A stretch of DNA of 64,000 nt, from contig CBDCCZ010000006.1 in assembly GCA_965215005.1 (NCBI GenBank), positions 128,001 through 192,000 on the forward strand, given 5' to 3'. Below, in pieces: positions 20,411 to 32,795 of this stretch. The translations under genes and the position numbers were made by a program. The notes under the pieces were generated by a model, which saw only the letters and a program-made list of their open reading frames with translations, was not told where the DNA came from and did no database searches. Position 1 is the stretch's first letter. Every line of letters starts with the position of its first letter. The stretch is from Kofleriaceae bacterium. Lineage in GTDB: Bacteria > Myxococcota_A > Polyangia > Haliangiales > Haliangiaceae.

Positions 20411-22195
20411 ATGAGCACCGGTGCCGCCATACGCTTCGTGGCCCTGCTCGGGTTGGTAGCGATGGGATGTCGCAGCGACAATCGCGACCGCTCATCGGTG
20501 CGTGCCGCGGAGCGTCCCGCGACTCCGCGGATCCTTTCGCCTGCTCACGGCCATCACACCGGCAGCGTCCGCAGCGATGCCACCGCGTTGCGACCGGTAT
20601 TTACATGGACGCCCATCGAAGCATCCAGCGTCACCTACGACCTCGACATCGATGATGGCTGTAGCCCCGGGGCGCTGCCCGTGTGTCCCTTCACGCGCCC
20701 CTTGATCCGTCAACGCGGAGTCAGCGATGACCACTGGCAACCAGACGAGCCGCTGCCGGTCAACGCTGAGTTACCAATTGGACGGCGCTACTTCTGGCGT
20801 CTACGCGCGTGCATCAAAGCGAGCTGCTCACCGTGGACCCGCGTGCGGTCGCTGGAGGTCGGTCGCACGCGTGGCGACCTCAATGGCGACGGCTATTCCG
20901 ACGTCGTAGTGAGCGCGCCACTCATCGACAACGGCGGCCGCGATCGCGGCAGCGTCTTCGTCTACTACGGTACGTCTACGGGGATTGGGATCAGCCGACG
21001 CCTCGATGAGCCTGGCGATGGCGACGAAGCGACCTTTGGCGTATCCGTGGCGATCGCCGGCGATGTTGATGGCGATGGGTTTGCGGATCTGCTTGTTGGT
21101 GCCGCCGGTGCCCGTGAGGCGCGTGGCGCCGTCCACGTCTTCTACGGCTCGGCAACTGGCGTGTCACCGCAGCGCACCACGCGGCTGGCCGACCGCGCAG
21201 GCGTCACCGCCGATTGGTTCGGCGCTGCAGTGGCCAGCGCTGGCGATGTCGACGCCGACGGCTTTGCAGACATTCTCGTCGGTGCCAGCGGCACTGATCG
21301 TGCGGCGACCGATGTCGGGGTTGCCCACGTGTACCGCGGCGGACCCGAGGGCATTGATCGTGAACCATTGATGATTGCCGTGCCTTCACCGAGCGACTTC
21401 GACCACTTCGCCTTCGCCCTTACCGGCGCCGGTGACGTCGATGGCGATGGCTACGACGACATCGCCATTGGCAGTCCGGGAATCGACGTTGCGGGCGAAA
21501 TTCGCGGCGTCGATCGCGGCGCTGTGTACATTTTCTACGGCTCTAGCGACGGCGTGCTTCGCACCGCCGCGCGCCGTCTCGAGGCTCCGGTTCCACTCGA
21601 TGATGACCACTTCGGCTATGCGGTCGCCGGTGCCGGCGATCTCGACGCCGACGGGTTCGCGGACGTCGTCGTAGGCGCGCCGGGCTCCGATGAAGCGCTC
21701 TCCGATAGCGGCACGGTCTATGTGTTTCGCGGCGGCCCGCGCGGCGCCGCCGAAAGCGCCACCGTGCTCCACGACTTGCGGGTCGAGCTCTACGATCGCT
21801 TTGGTACGGCAGTGGCTGGCGTGGGAGACGTTGATCGCGACGGCTACAGCGACATCGCGGTGGGCACCAGCGGCTCTAACCGTGGCCGCGGGCTGATCTA
21901 CCGTGGCGGGCCCGAGGGCGTCGCGGGGCGACCGACCTCGGTGCTCATCGATCCCCTGGGAAACGGCCGCAATGGCTTCGCCGCGGCTTTGGCGGGGGCA
22001 GGCGACGTCAACGGCGACGGCTACGACGACCTCGTCGTAGGTGCCGCTGGCGCCGCAAACGGCGGCGTGTTCCGCGGCAGCGTGCTGCTCTATCCCGGCC
22101 ATCCCACCGGCATCGATCACCGCTCGCCGCTGCGCCTCGACGATCCCGACGAGGGCCATCACGATCACTATGGTCGCAGCGTCGCTGGACGCTGA
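20411..22195 (+). CDS. Integrin-alpha-like FG-GAP seven-bladed beta-propeller lipoprotein with N-terminal Fn3-like domain
   Basis: Lipobox VAMGC; seven GDx(N/D)xDG(Y/F)xD Ca-binding repeats with FG...GAP motifs; YFWRLRAC Fn3-like motif. Confidence 0.9.
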   Translation: MSTGAAIRFVALLGLVAMGCRSDNRDRSSVRAAERPATPRILSPAHGHHTGSVRSDATALRPVFTWTPIEASSVTYDLDIDDGCSPGALPVCPFTRPLIRQRGVSDDHWQPDEPLPVNAELPIGRRYFWRLRACIKASCSPWTRVRSLEVGRTRGDLNGDGYSDVVVSAPLIDNGGRDRGSVFVYYGTSTGIGISRRLDEPGDGDEATFGVSVAIAGDVDGDGFADLLVGAAGAREARGAVHVFYGSATGVSPQRTTRLADRAGVTADWFGAAVASAGDVDADGFADILVGASGTDRAATDVGVAHVYRGGPEGIDREPLMIAVPSPSDFDHFAFALTGAGDVDGDGYDDIAIGSPGIDVAGEIRGVDRGAVYIFYGSSDGVLRTAARRLEAPVPLDDDHFGYAVAGAGDLDADGFADVVVGAPGSDEALSDSGTVYVFRGGPRGAAESATVLHDLRVELYDRFGTAVAGVGDVDRDGYSDIAVGTSGSNRGRGLIYRGGPEGVAGRPTSVLIDPLGNGRNGFAAALAGAGDVNGDGYDDLVVGAAGAANGGVFRGSVLLYPGHPTGIDHRSPLRLDDPDEGHHDHYGRSVAGR

Positions 22196-22236
22196 GCGCC
22201 GGCGCGACACGATCGCGCCGGTCACCAACGGCGGAG

Positions 22237-23259
22237 CTACTCGAAGGGCTGCTCAATGGCAGGCTCGCCCGCGAGCGCCTCGATGTGCTCCCAGTAATTC
22301 TCGCCGAGATCCACGGTGCCACTGGTGCCGCCGCGCTCCCCGACGATGAACGTCTGCTCTTTGGGAATTTGCGCGCGCTCGTACGCCTCGATGTCGGTGG
22401 CAGCATTGCCGTAGGCAGCTTCGAGCTGATAGCCGCGCGCTGTGACTGAGGCCAGATAGTTGGCCTTGTAGTCAGCATTGGCACCTGGCCACAACACGTC
22501 TTCTACCCGGTCATTGACGTGAAGCGTGCCGCGCGGAAAGCCGAGCTCACTCAGCCACTCACGCGTCACCTCGGTGAGCAAGTACGAGCGCGCGGTGAGG
22601 TAAATGATCTCGTAGTTCTGCCCGTAGTGACGCGCTTCGGTGACCTCCAGCGCCCCAGCCCGCGCCTGCGGCACGTAATCGCCGTTGAAGATATCGACGA
22701 CGACCTGGCCGACCACCTCGAGGTCGCTTTGCGTGAGGGTCGCGTCGATGTCGAAAACAACGAACTTCGTGCCCTCGGGATAGACTCGCAGCACCGATCT
22801 CGCCGCCGTGTTGTCGCCCATCACCCGCAGGTAGAGGTTGTATTCGCCCACGGCAGGCAGCTCGGTGAGCGGCAGGTCGACGCGGCCGTCGCCATTGGTG
22901 CGCGCGTAGCCTAGAAGCGCGTAGCCGCCCGCGCAATCGTCGATCGAGATCTCGATCCACTCGCCTTCGAGATCTTTCGAGAAGATGCCGTAGGCAAACT
23001 TTCCGGGCACTACCGCGGCTTGTCCAGGCACCGCTAGAACATCCTGGGCCGAGTGACCGGCCTCTGCCGCCGCGACCAGGTAGTTCCACCAGTGACGCCA
23101 ACGGACCGTCGGCCCCGCCGCCGGCAGCGGCGCATCGGTGCAGGACTGAAAGACCGGCTTGCCGTCAACGCCGCGGTCAGCAGAGGTGAGATCGAGCTCT
23201 TCGGCCGCGCAGCCACCAACGAACAGCGCAAGGCACATCCATAGCTTGAGACGTTTCAT
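22237..23259 (-). CDS. Lipoprotein with LNS2 (lipin/PITPNM-like) HAD domain
   Basis: FVGGC lipobox; GKFAYG..KDLEGE, VVFDIDATLT, IIYLTAR, AAYGNAATDIEAY. Confidence 0.8.
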   Translation of the reverse strand: MKRLKLWMCLALFVGGCAAEELDLTSADRGVDGKPVFQSCTDAPLPAAGPTVRWRHWWNYLVAAAEAGHSAQDVLAVPGQAAVVPGKFAYGIFSKDLEGEWIEISIDDCAGGYALLGYARTNGDGRVDLPLTELPAVGEYNLYLRVMGDNTAARSVLRVYPEGTKFVVFDIDATLTQSDLEVVGQVVVDIFNGDYVPQARAGALEVTEARHYGQNYEIIYLTARSYLLTEVTREWLSELGFPRGTLHVNDRVEDVLWPGANADYKANYLASVTARGYQLEAAYGNAATDIEAYERAQIPKEQTFIVGERGGTSGTVDLGENYWEHIEALAGEPAIEQPFE

Positions 23260-23281
23260 GATTCCCTTCCCTCGCACGCCC

Positions 23282-23297
23282 AGCTGCGCGCGTGCCG
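23282..23297 (-). promoter_or_regulatory. Possible sigma54-type promoter for the LNS2 lipoprotein gene
   Basis: Minus strand CGGCACGCGCGCAGCT (GG-N10-GC; imperfect -12). Confidence 0.4.
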
Positions 23298-23328
23298 GTG
23301 ATGTACGACGAAGGGCTCAAAAACTCAC

Positions 23329-23363
23329 CGCAACTTTGGCAACAACTTCTTGCCAAAGTTGCG
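23329..23363. repeat. Perfect 14-bp inverted repeat (terminator or protein-binding site)
   Basis: CGCAACTTTGGCAA-caacttc-TTGCCAAAGTTGCG. Confidence 0.85.
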
Positions 23364-23407
23364 ACTGACGCTCCGTACGTGTGGTTGCCGAAGCGACGAT
23401 GTAGGAC

Positions 23408-24550
23408 TCAATGGCGAATCGAGTCGAGCTCGCGGAAGAAGAGCTCGATCTCTTCGTCTTTGGTATAGAAGTGCGGCGCGATGCGAATGCCAGCACGCGG
23501 CCGGTGGTCGCAAAAGAACCGCCGGCGATTGAGCTCGCGGGCGATGTCCGCGGCGCCGATGAAATCGAAGACTACGGAGCCGCCGCGGCGCTCGGGCTCG
23601 CGGGGACTGTTGAGCGTGAAGCCGCGCGCATCAATCGCCTCGAGGATCGCGCTGGTTTGGCGAAGACTCTTATCGCGAATCCTGCTGGCTCCGATCGTCG
23701 CAACGATCTCCTGCCCGGCACGGGCCTGATACAGAGCCGACACCGCCGGCGTGCCGTTCATGTAGCGCCAAATGCTCTCTGCGTAGGTCTGCTCTGGCAT
23801 CGTGAAGGCAAAGGGAGCCTCGCTGGCAAACCAGCCGGTGACCCGCGGCGAAAACTTCTCGATCAAGTCTTTGCGCACATAAAGGTAGGCTGCGCCGGCG
23901 CCGCCGCAGAGGTACTTCACCGAGCCGCCGCACGCGAACGAGGTTCCCAGATCGACGACATCGACCGGAATGGTGCCCACCGATTGATAACAATCCAGGA
24001 TCACGTGAGCGCCCACAGAGGCTGCCTTTTGGCAAATCGCCTTGGCGTCTTGGATGTAAGCGCTGGAGAAGATCACGTGAGATACCGGCACTGCCACCGT
24101 GCGCTCATCGATCGCCGCCAGCAACGACTCTGTGTCGATGGTGATACCGTCTTTCGACGGCACGATCTCGCACACCGCGCCGCGACGCTCCTCCGCCTTC
24201 CACACATACGAAACCGTGGGGAACTGGAGCGCGGAGTAAACGATCTTGTTGCGCTCGGGGGTGTACTCGAAGCACGAGGCGAGTACCGCCTGCACCTGCG
24301 ACACGTTGGTGTGCATGATGACGGTGCCGCGAGGCGCGCTGAGCAACTTCTCGATGCGGCCGGCGGCGCGGTCGACTTCAGGAAGCCACTCGTCCCACGC
24401 GGTGATCGACCCCTTGGCCCACAACTCGAGGAGCTCGTTCATGTCCTCTCGGGTGCGGTCGGGCATGCACCCTAGCGAATGAGAGATCAGATGCACGCAG
24501 CTCTCCAGCGCGGAGAATTGCTTGCGCCACTCGAGGAGCTCGTCGGTCAT
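23408..24550 (-). CDS. Class V PLP-dependent enzyme, kynureninase-like
   Basis: HLISHSLG, QFPT, ILDCYQSVG, GGSVKYLCGGAG (PLP Lys), TGWF, GIRIAPHFY. Confidence 0.85.
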   Translation of the reverse strand: MTDELLEWRKQFSALESCVHLISHSLGCMPDRTREDMNELLELWAKGSITAWDEWLPEVDRAAGRIEKLLSAPRGTVIMHTNVSQVQAVLASCFEYTPERNKIVYSALQFPTVSYVWKAEERRGAVCEIVPSKDGITIDTESLLAAIDERTVAVPVSHVIFSSAYIQDAKAICQKAASVGAHVILDCYQSVGTIPVDVVDLGTSFACGGSVKYLCGGAGAAYLYVRKDLIEKFSPRVTGWFASEAPFAFTMPEQTYAESIWRYMNGTPAVSALYQARAGQEIVATIGASRIRDKSLRQTSAILEAIDARGFTLNSPREPERRGGSVVFDFIGAADIARELNRRRFFCDHRPRAGIRIAPHFYTKDEEIELFFRELDSIRH

Positions 24551-24704
24551 GTCGCGTCCTTTTGCGGAGAGGAGGTCCCGGCGCCGAGCGCCGCGGCTCG
24601 GCCCCGAGCGCGCCTCAGCTCGTGTATCACATCCATTGCAGCCAATTCACGGTTGCCGACCGCGAATCGGAAGTAACCGTAAAAATTGCCAAATACGGCA
24701 ATTC

Positions 24705-24732
24705 TTAGCACTCTGCTCACAGGGGTTGCCAA
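24705..24732 (+). promoter_or_regulatory. CIRCE-like HrcA operator upstream of groES
   Basis: Perfect left arm TTAGCACTC, 10-nt spacer, degenerate right arm GGTTGCCAA (consensus TTAGCACTC-N9-GAGTGCTAA). Confidence 0.6.
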
Positions 24733-24754
24733 GCCAGCGCTGCGTGGCTATGTA
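24726..24754 (+). promoter_or_regulatory. Sigma70-type promoter of groESL
   Basis: TTGCCA-17 nt-TATGTA; the -35 overlaps the right CIRCE arm. Confidence 0.6.
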
Positions 24755-24820
24755 GAGGGCCACTTCTCACCAAGCAGCAAGTTTTTGACTCGACACCCTG
24801 TGAACCACGGGAGGTAACCC

Positions 24821-25111
<291 letters not shown>

Positions 25112-25126
25112 GGAAGGATCCTACCG

Positions 25127-26791
<1,665 letters not shown>

Positions 26792-26814
26792 GCCCGCACC
26801 CTCATCGCTCAACG

Positions 26815-26849
26815 AAGGCCGGAGGCGCTGTCTCCGGCCTTTCCTATTT
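26815..26849 (+). terminator. Rho-independent terminator after groEL
   Basis: AAGGCCGGAG-gcgctgt-CTCCGGCCTT followed by TCCTATTT. Confidence 0.75.
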
Positions 26850-28009
26850 GCGCGTTTTGCTCACAGCAAAGGTCCTGCCCTTCTGCTGCTCGAGCAGAGG
26901 CGCTCGCTCATCCATCTCTGTGGTAGGGTGCCGGCGTTGACGCAGCGAGTATCGCCAGAGCCGGCCGAGGTTGCCGCCCGCGTCGTAGCTCACTATCGCG
27001 CCATGCAGCGTGATCTGCCGTGGCGACGCGGCGTCGATCCCTACGCCACTTGGGTCTCAGAGATCATGCTGCAGCAGACGCGCGTCGCTGCGGTCGTGCC
27101 GTATTTCGAGCGCTGGCTGGCTCGCTTTCCCACCGTAACCGCGCTCGCCGAAGCGCCGCTCGACGACGTGTTAGGCCACTGGGCAGGTCTTGGCTATTAC
27201 TCGCGCGCGCGCAATTTGCACAAAGGCGCCCGCGAGGTTCTCGCCCGCTACGGCGGCGAGCTGCCGGCCGCGGCAGAAGACCTCCAGTCCCTTCCCGGCA
27301 TCGGTCGCTACACCGCCGGCGCAATCTCCTCCATCGCCTTTGGCCGGCGCGCGCCGCTCGTCGATGGCAACGTCGCACGCGTGCTCGCGCGGTTCTATGT
27401 CATCGACGACGACATCAAGTCGAGCAGCGCACAAAAACGCCTCTGGGCACTCGCGGACGAGCTCGTTCCCGCCGACGCGCCAGGCGACTTCAATCAAGGA
27501 CTGATGGAGCTCGGAGCCACCGTCTGCACGCCAACGCGACCGGCTTGCATCGCGTGTCCCCTCCAGGACATGTGCGCTGCACGTGCGCAGGGACGGCAAA
27601 CCGAGCTCCCCGTCATGCCGGCGCGCAAACGACGCCAAGATAAGCCCCTTCTCGAGCTTCACGCGGCGTGGGTCGAGCGCGACGGCATGCTGCTCATGGC
27701 GCGGCGCCGGCAGGAAGGGCTGTATGGCGGCCTCTGGGAGCTTCCTGCCGCAGTCGACATTTCGGCTCTGCAGCAGCTCGTGGATTGCGCGGAGGCGAGC
27801 GCGGCGGCGCCGGTGTGGGAGCACCACCAGGAGCTCAGTCACCGCCGGCTCGTCATCGTGGTGCACGTGATCGGCGCTGGTCAACCGTCGCTCGGCGCCG
27901 ACCACAGCATCTACGAAACGCTTGCCTGGCAACCGATCGACCCGAAGACGCGGCTCGGCATCTCCTCAGCCACCGCCGCGATCATTGTGCAGTACACGGA
28001 GCAACGCGG

Positions 28010-28615
<606 letters not shown>

Positions 28616-28755
28616 GCGGCTACCGGGGCCGCGGGGATCGCGGCTCACACGCGCAAGCTCGCTCACGTCGCTGCGTGCAACCCGCGAAGGCGCCTCGTTG
28701 TTCCCACTGCAGCGCCTTTCTGAGGTAGCGTCCGACTCGGCAGCCGAGATACTGC

Positions 28756-30441
28756 ATGAAGGAATCGTTCATTCAGCTGCAGCGCCTGGCGCGGAGCTTC
28801 GACGATGCAGCACGCGCTGCTCTTGGCCAACGTCAAGAAGAGCGTATGCTGCGCTTCATCGACCAGCTCGGCCCTGTGGCTCTCCCGCTTTGCCTCCGCG
28901 AGCTCGGTGCTGGTGAAGCGCGAGCGGCATGGGCGGCACGACTATTGGCTCACCTCGCCAAGCGCCATCACGAGCGCGTTGTCGCGGCGCTGCACCAGCT
29001 GCTTCAATCGCCCGCTCAACCTGCAGAGCCGCAGCTGCACGCGGTCGCGCTCCTGGTCGAGTTGGTCACCGCCGATCACACCAAGCCGCAAGCGATCAGC
29101 ATTGAGTCACTGGCAGAGCAGCTTCAGCATGCCCAGGACGCTGCAGCAATTGCCGGCGCGTTTCTCGACCAGCTCGACGACGATGAGCTGCTCGCAATGC
29201 TCGACGCGTTTTCGTTGCGCGCACCGCGCAAGGCCCTGGCACTGCTCGACGAATTCCTTCTTCGCGACCAACTTTCCGAAGACTGCCGCAGGGCGATGCG
29301 CCACTTAGCTGCGCCGTTGCGCGTGCGCGGTCGCAGCTCGCGCTTGCCGTCCTGCCGCGCGGCTCGCCCCATCGACGTGCGAATCGGCCGACACCCAAGC
29401 GGTCGCTCCTTGGTGGTAGCATTGCGGGGCGGCGCGCGGCGCGCGTTGTGCGTGCTCATGAGTCGCGAGGGTTTGCTCCTCGATGCGCTTTACAGCAGCA
29501 CCTTGCCGCTCGCGAGCATCGAGCGCGAGATTCTCATCCCGCTCGCCGCGGAGGGCTACATCATTGCTGCAGCGCCACCTGCCGAAGGCGCCGCCACCGT
29601 AGCCAGCGCAAGCCTGGCCACCAGGCGAGCAGGACGGCCACTGCCGCCCGCCTACTTTCTTGGTCGCGACCTGCTCGGCCTCTACGACGAGCACATGCTC
29701 CTCGCTCACCGACAGCTCGAGACCGCCCACGAGGCGCTTCTGGCGCGCGGCATCGAGCTTCTCAGCCGCGGCGAAGCGCTTCGCGCGCAACCGGTGCTCG
29801 AGCGCTACTCCGCAGCGTGCCCGAGCGATGCCGAAGGCGCCGCAGCGCTCGCGGCCTGCTTACTGGTACAAGGCCAACACTCTGCGGCCACGCCCCACCT
29901 TCGCCGCGCCGTGAGTCTGGAACCGACCGAGCCCGCGCATCGCTGGAATTTGGCCGCGGCCGCGCACAAAGAAGCGCGGCTCGGCGGCTGCTACTTGGCG
30001 TTGTGCGAGTTTCTTCGCCTCAGCCATCGCGCTCACGAACAAACCGCCGAGCATCGCGAGCGACGGGCGATGGCGCACGCCGTGGTGCGTGAATACGAGC
30101 GCCTCGCCCGGCTCGAGCACTGCGGCGCCGCTCCATGCTCAGTCGCCCACGCCGACGAGCACGTTCACCGAGCGCGCGACGCGCATCGCGCCGGCCGAGT
30201 CGACGAAGCGGAGCACGCACTTCGCGCCGCGCTCGCGCTCGTTCCCGAGCATGCCACCGCATGGAGCCAGTTGGCGGCCGCGCGGTTATCGGCGGGCGAC
30301 GTCGAGGCCGCCTCGAGTGCTGCCGAGCGCGCGCTAGTGCTGCGTCCAACCGACGCCCTCGCCCACCGCGTTTGCCTCGAGCTAGCCAGCCTGGTATCGG
30401 GTGAGGGCACCGCCCCCACAGCCGGGCCCGCTCACGGTTGA
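28756..30441 (+). CDS. TPR-containing hypothetical protein
   Basis: C-terminal TPR motifs (LRRAVSLEP, AALALVPEHATAWSQLA, ERALVLRP). Confidence 0.75.
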   Translation: MKESFIQLQRLARSFDDAARAALGQRQEERMLRFIDQLGPVALPLCLRELGAGEARAAWAARLLAHLAKRHHERVVAALHQLLQSPAQPAEPQLHAVALLVELVTADHTKPQAISIESLAEQLQHAQDAAAIAGAFLDQLDDDELLAMLDAFSLRAPRKALALLDEFLLRDQLSEDCRRAMRHLAAPLRVRGRSSRLPSCRAARPIDVRIGRHPSGRSLVVALRGGARRALCVLMSREGLLLDALYSSTLPLASIEREILIPLAAEGYIIAAAPPAEGAATVASASLATRRAGRPLPPAYFLGRDLLGLYDEHMLLAHRQLETAHEALLARGIELLSRGEALRAQPVLERYSAACPSDAEGAAALAACLLVQGQHSAATPHLRRAVSLEPTEPAHRWNLAAAAHKEARLGGCYLALCEFLRLSHRAHEQTAEHRERRAMAHAVVREYERLARLEHCGAAPCSVAHADEHVHRARDAHRAGRVDEAEHALRAALALVPEHATAWSQLAAARLSAGDVEAASSAAERALVLRPTDALAHRVCLELASLVSGEGTAPTAGPAHG

Positions 30442-30456
30442 CCGCTCACGCTTAAA

Positions 30457-32754
30457 TCAATACGGCGCATCCTCGAGGTGGCCCCAGGCCGGATCTCCGA
30501 AGGCGATGGGCGCCGACAGCGCGACCTCAGGAATGCCGAATGCCTCGACCAGCGCGATTGCCTCTTGGGCGACCTCGGCGCACAGCAATTCGACCTCCTT
30601 GCGTACGCCGCGCGCTTTGCGCGCTTCGAAGTAGCCATTCTCGAGAAACCAGGCAGCGTGCTCTTCGAGCCGACTGAGGCCGTATAGATCCACCAACCGC
30701 TCGAGAGCCGCACGCTCGGCGCCCTCGGCCAGCTCAGCCACGCCTTCGCAGAACGACTCGAAGATGAAGTGATCGACGTGGGCGCGCGCCATCGCGAGCA
30801 GATGATTTTGCACCGCGCCAGCCGCTTCGAAGGTGGTGGCGCCGTCGGCGACCCGCCGCCGGATGCGCCGCGCCGCCGACTCCAGCAGCGAGGTGGCGCG
30901 ACGTTCGATGAGACCACCGACGAAGTCTCGATCGCGTAGGTGCTCACCGTCTGAGCGGCGCACACGCAGCGGATTGCGATCGACGAGCGAGGTGGCTCGC
31001 TGCGTCACCAGGCGAATCAGTGAGCTCACTGGCGCATCTTCGAATTGGCTCTTGAAATCCGACAGCAGCGACTTGGCGACCAGCTGCAAAAGCACGACGT
31101 TGTCCCCTTCGAAGGTGGCAAATACATCGCAGTCGGCGCGCACCACGCCGATGCGATTCACGGCGAGATAGCCCTGGCCGCCGCAAGCTTCCCGGCAGGC
31201 TTGCAATGTGTCATTGGCGTGCCAGGTACTCGCTGTCTTGATTCCCGCTGCCGTCGCTTCGGCGCGACGCGCGTTGTCTTCGTCTCCGCGCACCAAGAGC
31301 TGCTCTCGGGCGCGGCTGACGGCAAAATGCATGGCGTAAGTCGCCGCCAAGCGCGGCATCAGGCGCCGTTGATGTGCGGGGTAGTCGAGCAAGCGCTGCT
31401 CCGCGACGCCTGGCGGGCCAAACTGTCGCCGAGCGGCAGCGTAGCGCAAGGCGACAGTCATGCCGACCTTGGCGGCGCTCACCGCCGCGGCTGCCACGCT
31501 CACGCGCCCCCACACTAGATTGCCGAGCATCGTGAAGAAGCGTCTCGAGGCGCTGGGGATGTCGCTGTGATAGCCGGCGTCGTCGATCATGGCATAGCGC
31601 CCGAGTAGCCTATCGCGCGGCACGCGCACCTTATCGAACCAAAGGCGCCCGTTATCCACTCCATGGAGCCCGAGCTTTTCACCGTTGTCGACCGCCCGCA
31701 CCCCCGGCAGCAGCTCACCCTCAGAATCTCGAATCGGCACTAAGATCGGATGAACACCGTGATTCCGGCCGTCCACCTCGAGCTGGGCGAATACGGTGGC
31801 CATTCGGGCATCACGGGCGGCGCCGCCAACGTAGTCTTTGCGAGCGCCCTCGCTCGGAGTCTGGATTTCGAGCTCCTTGGTTTGAGGCAGATATCGCGCC
31901 GTAGTCTCGAGCTCTGCCACGTTGGAGCCGTGGCCGGTCTCGGACATCGCAAAGCAGCCCAACAGCTCGCCATGCGCCACCGCATCTAGCAGCTCGCGAC
32001 GCTGCGCGTCGTTGCCGAGATAGAAGATGCTGCCACCAAACAAGCCCCACTGAACCCCAGCCTTGACGACCACGCTGAGATCGCCAAACGCGAGCGTCTC
32101 GAACGCCGCGATAAATGTTCCCGTATCGCCAGAATCGGAGGTTTCACCTGGAAATGCCAGGGCACCGATCCCGCGCTCCGCGAGCTCGCTGAGTCGCTCG
32201 CGCACCCACGCACGATGAGCATCCTTGTCGAGCCTATACGGAGGCCGCCATCGTTCTTCGGCCAGTAGCTCGCGAACTTGGTCGCGCACGGCGACGTAGC
32301 GGCCGTCGAGAACGCGCCGCAGCGCCGCGATGTCGAACAGCGCCGCCGGGGCGGGAGCAACAGGACGCGGCCGCGCACCCGCAAGCAGTGAAGCCGCCGC
32401 GTCAGATCCAAGCACTCCAAGCTCGTCCTCGAGCTCACGGAGCGCGCGCCGCACGCTCTCTTCCTCCACGCCTAGGCGGGCCATCGCAACCGCTAAGTCG
32501 ACGAGCGAGCGGCGGTCAGTCTCCGGCAACTCGGCCGCCGCTTCGCGAATCGCCCCGAGCATCGACAACAACTCCCCAGGCGTCGGCGGCTGCCGCGGGT
32601 CGAGCCAGCGTGCGAGGAAAGCTTTAGTCTTGCCATCGCCGTGCGCTGCGGCTCGCGCTCGCAACGCATCGAGCTCCGATGGATCGAGGTTGCCGTCGGC
32701 CCACGCAACGTAGATGAGAGGTAACCAAGGAAGAACAGCTGGATCGATTTGCAT
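30457..32754 (-). CDS. Acyl-CoA oxidase/dehydrogenase with N-terminal TerB-like extension
   Basis: GCFAMSETGHGSNV, KLGLHGVDNG, CREACGGQGY, TFEGDNVVLLQ; N-terminal YVAWADGNLDPSE. Confidence 0.9.
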   Translation of the reverse strand: MQIDPAVLPWLPLIYVAWADGNLDPSELDALRARAAAHGDGKTKAFLARWLDPRQPPTPGELLSMLGAIREAAAELPETDRRSLVDLAVAMARLGVEEESVRRALRELEDELGVLGSDAAASLLAGARPRPVAPAPAALFDIAALRRVLDGRYVAVRDQVRELLAEERWRPPYRLDKDAHRAWVRERLSELAERGIGALAFPGETSDSGDTGTFIAAFETLAFGDLSVVVKAGVQWGLFGGSIFYLGNDAQRRELLDAVAHGELLGCFAMSETGHGSNVAELETTARYLPQTKELEIQTPSEGARKDYVGGAARDARMATVFAQLEVDGRNHGVHPILVPIRDSEGELLPGVRAVDNGEKLGLHGVDNGRLWFDKVRVPRDRLLGRYAMIDDAGYHSDIPSASRRFFTMLGNLVWGRVSVAAAAVSAAKVGMTVALRYAAARRQFGPPGVAEQRLLDYPAHQRRLMPRLAATYAMHFAVSRAREQLLVRGDEDNARRAEATAAGIKTASTWHANDTLQACREACGGQGYLAVNRIGVVRADCDVFATFEGDNVVLLQLVAKSLLSDFKSQFEDAPVSSLIRLVTQRATSLVDRNPLRVRRSDGEHLRDRDFVGGLIERRATSLLESAARRIRRRVADGATTFEAAGAVQNHLLAMARAHVDHFIFESFCEGVAELAEGAERAALERLVDLYGLSRLEEHAAWFLENGYFEARKARGVRKEVELLCAEVAQEAIALVEAFGIPEVALSAPIAFGDPAWGHLEDAPY

Positions 32755-32795
32755 GATGGAGTTGCTCGGCGAGCTATGAGCGCGCTGAGCGGACC

